A stretch of DNA of 64,000 nucleotides from a virus (taxonomy: Duplodnaviria; Caudoviricetes): IMG/VR virus record IMGVR_UViG_3300025858_000010, positions 64,001-128,000 of that record; one strand, 5' to 3'. The notes under the pieces are model-generated. The model was given only the letters and a program-made list of their open reading frames with translations. It did no database searches and was not told the DNA's origin. The translations under genes and the position numbers were made by a program. Position 1 is the stretch's first letter; the number at the start of each line of letters is the position of its first letter. Shown piece by piece: positions 57,561 through 64,000 of this stretch.

Positions 57561-59534
57561 TTATCTGTTTTTTGGATATTCCAAATTTAACAGTTTAGAA
57601 TTTCTTTTTTCGAATTCGTTAATCATTTTTTTTGTTTCTCTTTTACAATTGCCCAGTATGTAAACATATTTATGTTTTGGTGTGGCTATTCTATTTATAC
57701 ATGATTTTTCGTATTTTTCTATCTCCAAATTTAATAATTTTTTAGTATCTAACGGAATTTCACTGACTTTATTCCAAGTAATTTCAATATTCAATTTTTT
57801 AGCCATCTTCTTATACATACTCCTTCTATGAAAATATCTACTAGAAAACCAATCCAAATGAGGTTTATTTAAATCGAAATATATTTTATTACTTCCATAC
57901 TTTTGTCCCAAATATATAAAATTACAGGCTTGATAAATAGTTCCAAGTTCTTTAGCATCTGGATCAGAATAAGCAGTAAAAATTCTAAATTGTGTATTCT
58001 TTACCATCCATTTTATAGACCACATTATTAAAGATGAAGCTAAGTTTTTAGGTGTCCATGACGCACATGCCCCCCTACTTATTAATTTTTCTAATTGACT
58101 TGTATTATCACCCAACAATTTAGAAAATTGATTGGGCGTGGCCATAATAACAACACCAGCTAATTTATTTTCATATTTGGCTATAAATCTGTGTGTTGGT
58201 CTATTTGGCATTTTTCCTAACCATTCATATTTTTCTATAAAAATTTTAACTTCATCGCATAATATTTTGTTATTATCAGGAACGTATTCAAATGTAAAAT
58301 CAGAAACATTTAATTTTTTTTCTATTTTAAATTCATTTATTGTATTTAATCTAATGTCATATTGCCATGAATGTTTTTTATTATATATATGAAATTTAAT
58401 TAATTTGTTAAATACTTCATAATTTTTATCGATTAAAAAAATAAAATTATAACCTTGTTCTTGACAAGATTTTTGTTTAGCTAAATTTTTTTCTAAATTT
58501 TCATCGTACCATTTTTTTGATTTGATTTCAATAATTAAATTTAATGGTTCAAAATAAAAGTCAGGAAAATATATATGCTCTTTATTATTATAAATATATT
58601 TAATACTATTATGTCTTTTAATTCCTATATGGTAATATTTTTCTAAAAAATCTAATTCATAGCTGCCTTGATAATATAAATCTTTATATTTATTTATTTT
58701 AAATCCATTTTTCAACATTTTTTTGAAGAAATATTCATGTTGTGACGGAAATTCAACATCGTATTTGTCTAACATTACTTTTTTTAATTTGTTCTGTACT
58801 TCAGGATTCATCATTGGATTTTCGAAACCAAAAATTTCTAAACAAGTATCTTTGTATTTTTTTCTATTATTGAAATTTTCATTTCCGTACTTATCTTTTT
58901 TTGTTTTTGATATTTTATCTTTAATTATTTCAGATTTTAAAGGTGTAATGAATCCATATTTTTCTAAATTGGTTTTTTTAAATTTGTTTAAAAATTCTTC
59001 TTTTTTTAAAGGACAATCTACCCCGTATTTTACTTTAAAAGAATTTTTAAATTGTTCAGTTTTCATATATGAAGTTTCACCATATTTATTTAAACATGTT
59101 TTCTTTATTTTTTCTTTTATTTCTTTTGATTGTGATGGAAATTCCACACCATATTTAATTTTATTCGAATTTTTAATTTTTTCAATTATATCTACTCTTT
59201 GTAATGGAGATTCAAATCCATATTTTTTTAAATTGGTATCTTTTGCTTTTATAAATGAACACTTATTACAATAATAATTTTTATTATCTTTCGTGTTTCT
59301 TAAATAAGAATAATATGAAATATTTAAATTTTTACCACAATTATCACATTTTACATCAATTTTTATTTTAGATGTTTCAGGTAATTGTTCTGGAATTATT
59401 TCAATAACATCTCCCGAATTAATATCAAATCCTATTTTTTTATAATAACCAATATTTTTATTCGTTGTTTTTATTTCTATTTTTTCTGTTAAAATCATTT
59501 CTTTAAAGTTCAAATTATTACATTTATATATCAA
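57561..59534 (-). CDS. KYG-repeat endonuclease fused to a Mom-like domain
   Basis: YFPDFY...IIEIKS nuclease; FIEKYEWLG...PKNLAS...AYSDP..ELGTIYQACNF. Confidence 0.65.
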   Translation of the reverse strand: MIYKCNNLNFKEMILTEKIEIKTTNKNIGYYKKIGFDINSGDVIEIIPEQLPETSKIKIDVKCDNCGKNLNISYYSYLRNTKDNKNYYCNKCSFIKAKDTNLKKYGFESPLQRVDIIEKIKNSNKIKYGVEFPSQSKEIKEKIKKTCLNKYGETSYMKTEQFKNSFKVKYGVDCPLKKEEFLNKFKKTNLEKYGFITPLKSEIIKDKISKTKKDKYGNENFNNRKKYKDTCLEIFGFENPMMNPEVQNKLKKVMLDKYDVEFPSQHEYFFKKMLKNGFKINKYKDLYYQGSYELDFLEKYYHIGIKRHNSIKYIYNNKEHIYFPDFYFEPLNLIIEIKSKKWYDENLEKNLAKQKSCQEQGYNFIFLIDKNYEVFNKLIKFHIYNKKHSWQYDIRLNTINEFKIEKKLNVSDFTFEYVPDNNKILCDEVKIFIEKYEWLGKMPNRPTHRFIAKYENKLAGVVIMATPNQFSKLLGDNTSQLEKLISRGACASWTPKNLASSLIMWSIKWMVKNTQFRIFTAYSDPDAKELGTIYQACNFIYLGQKYGSNKIYFDLNKPHLDWFSSRYFHRRSMYKKMAKKLNIEITWNKVSEIPLDTKKLLNLEIEKYEKSCINRIATPKHKYVYILGNCKRETKKMINEFEKRNSKLLNLEYPKNR

Positions 59535-59595
59535 TTTTCAAAGTTCAAATTATTATATTCATATGAATGAACAAAGTTTGAACAAAAAAAAATCC
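59524..59595. repeat. about 70-bp direct repeat, copy A
   Basis: aaagttcaaattattatattcatatgaat(g/a)aacaaagtttgaacaaaaaaaa shared with 61412..61486. Confidence 0.85.
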
Positions 59596-61388
59596 TAAGA
59601 ATTAAATTTGAATTTTAAATGTCCCGAGTCATATATTCTATAGATTCTTCTTTCTAACATTATTTCGTGTTCTGTTTTATTTGAATCAAAACCTTCTTTT
59701 ATTAATTTATCCTTTCTAAAATTAAAACGATGCATTCTAATTCCATCTATTACATAATAATAATTTGGTCTGGTTTTATGTTCTAGTTTAAAACCTAATA
59801 TTTTGTATAAATGACCAGATGACCAAGATCTATCAGCATAACTAATTACTTCTATCGGATTATATTTTTCAATGAAATATTTAAAAAGTTTACTAGCTCC
59901 TCCCACAACATTAGTATTCAATTTATTACAAAATCTTAATAATTCGTATGAATTCGCTGTTGATTTTTGACCCATTGATTTTCTTAAAGATCCAAATGTC
60001 ATGAGAGAAACAAGTTCATTTTCGTAAAAAAGTCCTATTTTAATTTTCGAACCTACGTGTCCTTGAATATGATTGACATCTAAAAATGTTTTAGATGATA
60101 TTGTATTTATTTCTTTTATTTCACATTTTCTAGCATATATTTTATTTGATTCGCCTAAGATATTTAATATTCTAGATTTTACTATATCTTGTTTATAGAT
60201 CCAATCGTCTTCGTAAATATGTATGAGTTTAATTCCATTTTTTTCGGATAGTTCTGTTTTTTCTAAATGATAATTATTTGATTTATATAATTCATTATGC
60301 CAATAAACACCATTAAATTCAAATCCTAATTTGAGTTCTGGAAGATATATATCTATCTCATAAGGCTTTATAATTTCTCTATTATTACTCAATATTTCAC
60401 CACAATAATTTAATTTTATAAAATCAATAAAATCTATTTGAAAGCCTGAATTATTATAACTATTAATTGGATTGCACACAGTACATAATTTAGTTTTACA
60501 TTTTAATCTATTATACAATAACATTGAAGATATTGTGAATTCATGTGATTCTCTACAATCGCATTTAAAAGTATAATTAGAAGAATCTATTTTAATAATA
60601 TTAATATTTTCGAATTTTTTTAAAATATTCTCAATTTTGGTTTTCTTTGATTTTTCTTTGATTATATCGGATTTCATCGGATTATATACACCATAATTAC
60701 TCATTAGTGTTTGTAAAGATTTTTTTCTTACTTCCATATTTTGCAAGGGTGAACGTTCTTTATATTTATCTATATTTGTTTCTATTAATTTGTTAACGAT
60801 TTCTTTATTTTTCAAAGGAACATCGACCCCATATTTTTTTATATTAGTTTTTATTATTTTCAATCTAACTTCATCATTTTGTAACGTGCATTCTACTCCA
60901 TATTTTTTCAAATTAGTATTTTTTAAATTTTGTAAAATTTCTCTATTTTTCAATGGATGATCTACACCATATTTTTTTAAACATTCATTTTTAGTTTTTT
61001 CTTTATATTCATTTGTCATTGAGTAATATTCAACACCATATTTTTCTATATTTGTTTTTTTTATTTTATTTTTTATATTTTCATCTTGAAAAACATTTTC
61101 TACTCCGTATTTTTGAATATTTGTCAACTTAGTTTTTTCCCATTTACATTCCGCACAATAATATTTATCAGATAAATCTTTAGTGATTTTTCTATAATCG
61201 AAATATCTTATCTTTTTTTCTTTTCCACACGAATCGCAAATAACATCTATTCTAACTTTAGAATATTTTGGTAAATTTTTTATATCAATATTAATAGTAT
61301 CACCAGATTTGATACTATTATTATAATTTTTATAATAAGATAAATTTTTATTATGAACTTTAATATCAATATTGTGATTTTTTATCAT
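59595..61388 (-). CDS. KYGV-repeat PD-(D/E)XK endonuclease with GNAT/Mom-like domain
   Basis: paralogue of 49220..50989. Confidence 0.7.
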   Translation of the reverse strand: MIKNHNIDIKVHNKNLSYYKNYNNSIKSGDTINIDIKNLPKYSKVRIDVICDSCGKEKKIRYFDYRKITKDLSDKYYCAECKWEKTKLTNIQKYGVENVFQDENIKNKIKKTNIEKYGVEYYSMTNEYKEKTKNECLKKYGVDHPLKNREILQNLKNTNLKKYGVECTLQNDEVRLKIIKTNIKKYGVDVPLKNKEIVNKLIETNIDKYKERSPLQNMEVRKKSLQTLMSNYGVYNPMKSDIIKEKSKKTKIENILKKFENINIIKIDSSNYTFKCDCRESHEFTISSMLLYNRLKCKTKLCTVCNPINSYNNSGFQIDFIDFIKLNYCGEILSNNREIIKPYEIDIYLPELKLGFEFNGVYWHNELYKSNNYHLEKTELSEKNGIKLIHIYEDDWIYKQDIVKSRILNILGESNKIYARKCEIKEINTISSKTFLDVNHIQGHVGSKIKIGLFYENELVSLMTFGSLRKSMGQKSTANSYELLRFCNKLNTNVVGGASKLFKYFIEKYNPIEVISYADRSWSSGHLYKILGFKLEHKTRPNYYYVIDGIRMHRFNFRKDKLIKEGFDSNKTEHEIMLERRIYRIYDSGHLKFKFNS

Positions 61389-61411
61389 TGGAAGTTATTG
61401 GTTTTTTTCTA

Positions 61412-61486
61412 TTATATATATTAATTTTAAAGTTCAAATTATTATATTCATATGAATAAACAAAGTTTGAACAAAAAAAAAGATCC
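61412..61486. repeat. about 70-bp direct repeat, copy B
   Basis: matches 59524..59595. Confidence 0.85.
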
Positions 61487-61508
61487 AGCACATTGCCGGA
61501 TCTTTTTT
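61474..61508 (-). terminator. terminator after the capsid gene
   Basis: aaaaaagatcc-agcacattgcc-ggatcttttt. Confidence 0.7.
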
Positions 61509-61542
61509 ATTTACTATAATAATATAATTATTGATAGTCTGA

Positions 61543-63300
61543 TTAGATAAGAACACCTTCAGAATCAGTAACCTTAATAGCCATGAATTGTTTTTCTGGG
61601 AAGAATCCAATATCAGCAACAGCATATCTGCTTCTGATCAACATTCTTGGTGCCCACGTCGCTTCGGAAATCAAGGAAATTGATTGTGCCATTAAATAAG
61701 GGATAAAGAGAAGACCTGGTTGATCAACACTATTTTTTCTACCTAAATAGATATAGTTATCATCCCATCTCATGTATGGATCAACGTAGATTGCGATATT
61801 ACCAACATTACCCATTGGATAAAGTTGACCGTTGGTATTTAATTTGCCAGCGTTAACTGGATTAATAGTATAACCAGCGATATCTTGAATAACGGAAGCT
61901 AAGTTACCGTTTGTTACTAAATATTGAGCTGGTCCAATTCTACCATCAGTAGCGATGAAGTTAGAAGCGTTATTGATTTTGGCAATAAGTTTTCTTTGGA
62001 TTGAGTGAGTTGTTTCACCCATTCCAGTATTCAAAGCTGCTACGTATGTATCAACATTGAGGTCGAATTTTGATGTTACACCATCTGCCATTTTTGGAGC
62101 AGTATAAGATGTTCTATTCTTGAGAGCTAAGTTTCTAACTTTACCGACGATTTCTTTAGAAATAACTTGGGTAAGTTCGTTAATTAAAACTCCTTCGAGT
62201 TTTTGAACAATATCCATACCGGTTGCGGCTTTGATATCTTCAATTTGAGTTCTTTTCAATGTTGATGAAATTTCAACATCTCCTACTTGTACTGATTTTG
62301 TGAATACATCAGGACCAATAACACCAGGATAAGTTTTTTCATCTTGGAATCTTGACATAGGACCTTCCCAGCCATTTTCCATATTAGATGTCCAACCAGC
62401 TGAAAATCCAGGTAGGTGATCTTCCAATAGTGAAATCAATTCAATTGTCCATGTACCAGCTGTTAAACCTGTAGTAGTTGTACCGCTTATAGTACCAAAA
62501 TCATTAGTTGATAAGTAGGTAGTAATAGCGCCAGTTTGTGGGAATGTATTCATTCCAGTTTGCCATGGGTAATTTGCAGCCCCTGTAGAATCTTGTGGTA
62601 CCAAAGAACCAACTGAGAAACCAGCTTGTCTGTAGCATCTAAACATTGGATAACCATCAATTCTGGAAAATCCTAAAAATTCCAACCAATCGGTATAAGA
62701 ACCAACTGCTGGTCCATTTGTCATTGTAGCTACTGCTCCACCAGCTCCAATATGAACCCAAGTTCTCTTGGATAATCCACCAACTCTTTCTTGAATACTC
62801 AATAAAGAAAGTTGTAATTGAAGAGCTTGTTTTAAAAGTAAATCTTCTGCTGTATCATTACCTTTAACTTTAAAAACCAAAGGTCTTTGATTAGCGTCAG
62901 CTGTTTCGCGAATACCGTCAGCATAAGCGTTATCATATTTGAAATCAACAAATAAGAGTTCGATTCTTGGAGAAGCTGTTGGTTTAACACCAACCAAATC
63001 CAAACCAATCGTTTGAGCTGCGATCTTCATTGCGACAGGGAGAAGATTTTGTGCAACGTCACCACTACCGATTACTCCATCACCTTGCCAAGTGGCACCA
63101 GGAACTGTAGAGATAACGGGAGCTAGAACTTTGCCCATACCATTTTGATTCAATGTTGCATAACCAACATTTTCATTCATTTGATGCATTTCTGCATATT
63201 CGGACATCCATGCTCTTTTATCATCATCAACAACTTTAAGAGCGTCTAAGATAGGAGCCCATTTTTTTTGTGCTTTCACACCGTCTACTATAAAATTCAT
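61543..63300 (-). CDS. major capsid protein (T4 gp23-like)
   Basis: KKWAPIL, IAAQTIG.DLVGVKP, L.NEL.Q.I, IYVDPY, GL.FIPY, P....RSRYA. Confidence 0.85.
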   Translation of the reverse strand: MNFIVDGVKAQKKWAPILDALKVVDDDKRAWMSEYAEMHQMNENVGYATLNQNGMGKVLAPVISTVPGATWQGDGVIGSGDVAQNLLPVAMKIAAQTIGLDLVGVKPTASPRIELLFVDFKYDNAYADGIRETADANQRPLVFKVKGNDTAEDLLLKQALQLQLSLLSIQERVGGLSKRTWVHIGAGGAVATMTNGPAVGSYTDWLEFLGFSRIDGYPMFRCYRQAGFSVGSLVPQDSTGAANYPWQTGMNTFPQTGAITTYLSTNDFGTISGTTTTGLTAGTWTIELISLLEDHLPGFSAGWTSNMENGWEGPMSRFQDEKTYPGVIGPDVFTKSVQVGDVEISSTLKRTQIEDIKAATGMDIVQKLEGVLINELTQVISKEIVGKVRNLALKNRTSYTAPKMADGVTSKFDLNVDTYVAALNTGMGETTHSIQRKLIAKINNASNFIATDGRIGPAQYLVTNGNLASVIQDIAGYTINPVNAGKLNTNGQLYPMGNVGNIAIYVDPYMRWDDNYIYLGRKNSVDQPGLLFIPYLMAQSISLISEATWAPRMLIRSRYAVADIGFFPEKQFMAIKVTDSEGVLI

Positions 63301-63378
63301 TTTTTTAATTTTTTTTTTAGTTATATATTTGATTTAAAAAGTCATTTTTTTCTAAATCGACTATCAAACATATAAAAT

Positions 63379-64000
63379 TTATCTTTGTAATCTTTTTAAA
63401 TATGCTTCTAATTGATTTTCAGATAACTTTGTATTATCAAAACTATTATTTTTTTCTGTTAACAGTGTAACTTTACCTGAACTTTTTTTAGCATATTCGT
63501 GGAGGTTTCTACTATTCCAGAAACTTTCCATTTTATCCTCAGTAAGGTTTGTATAAAATTGTGCACTACTTATAATACTTCCTTGAACTTCTGGACGTAA
63601 ACTTTCCCAAATTGGTCTAAGATCGTTTGGGATATTGTCGATCAATTTGTCATTAAAGCTTCTTACGGCTGAAGTTAGAGCTTTAGCCATTATTGTTAAA
63701 ACTTCATTTTCTGTTGTATAACCATTACTTTCGTTCATTGCAACGATTACTTTTTCTTTATCTGATTGAGAAAGGTTATAGTATGCTGCCTTTTTCTTTT
63801 CAGTTAAGAAAAGTAAGAAATGAGGTTCTTTATCTTCTGAAGCCTTGCGTTTTTTGGATTCATTGATTTGCTTTAACACTAATTTCTTTAATGTATTTTC
63901 TGAATCATAAATTTTATCACCTATGATTGATAATCTATTTTCTTGAATTTCTTGAACTTCACCGGTATCTGATAATTTAACTACAGCAATTCCATTGTCA
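63379..64000 (-). CDS. prohead core/scaffold (or protease C-terminus), partial
   Basis: frame is open to the window edge; directly upstream of the capsid gene; several (I/L/M)xE sites. Confidence 0.55.
   Translation of the reverse strand, partial: DNGIAVVKLSDTGEVQEIQENRLSIIGDKIYDSENTLKKLVLKQINESKKRKASEDKEPHFLLFLTEKKKAAYYNLSQSDKEKVIVAMNESNGYTTENEVLTIMAKALTSAVRSFNDKLIDNIPNDLRPIWESLRPEVQGSIISSAQFYTNLTEDKMESFWNSRNLHEYAKKSSGKVTLLTEKNNSFDNTKLSENQLEAYLKRLQR

Noticed and set aside
2808-59274. Overlapping antisense or alternate-frame ORFs in the track (e.g. 2808..3272, 6825..7118, 19114..19329, 24068..24466, 58723..59274)
   Set aside because: F/L/I/S-rich shadows of real genes or of the tRNA, with no motifs
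1-64000. Genome-wide TAG reassignment
   Set aside because: Long genes are uninterrupted under the standard code, and several end at TAG at sensible positions

Overview
A very AT-rich segment of a large T4-like (jumbo) tailed phage genome, probably infecting a Bacteroidota host. Core genes include a gp23-like major capsid protein, a core/scaffold gene running off the window, gp25-like and neck-like structural proteins, a terminase ATPase-only paralogue and the N-terminal half of a split family-B DNA polymerase. Host-like enzymes include GltX, a CCA-adding enzyme, PPK2, thymidine kinase, PhoH, DnaJ, KamA, a RimK-like ligase, a truncated class II aaRS, and SET, NUDIX and M16 peptidase proteins. 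There are several free-standing homing-type endonucleases, a defective IS607/TnpB element and a tRNA with a CUA (amber) anticodon. The most striking pattern is a peptide tag, D(I/V)DPYGEE(D/N/E)W, found about 20 times in 14 otherwise unrelated ORFs. Most of these ORFs also begin with a leader resembling the T4 capsid-targeting sequence (MKxFxxF(L/I)NE). One 673-aa ORF chains six SH3/KOW-like domain + tag modules separated by (L/I/V)xE sites that match the T4 prohead-protease consensus. My inference is a modular family of virion-packaged, protease-matured cargo proteins sharing a docking tag. Also seen by hand: a 193-bp inversion inside a gene, an IS607 insertion whose empty site rebuilds an intact ORF, GC-rich codon patches next to endonuclease genes, and two promoter classes. 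All family assignments are from motif recognition by eye; no searches were run.
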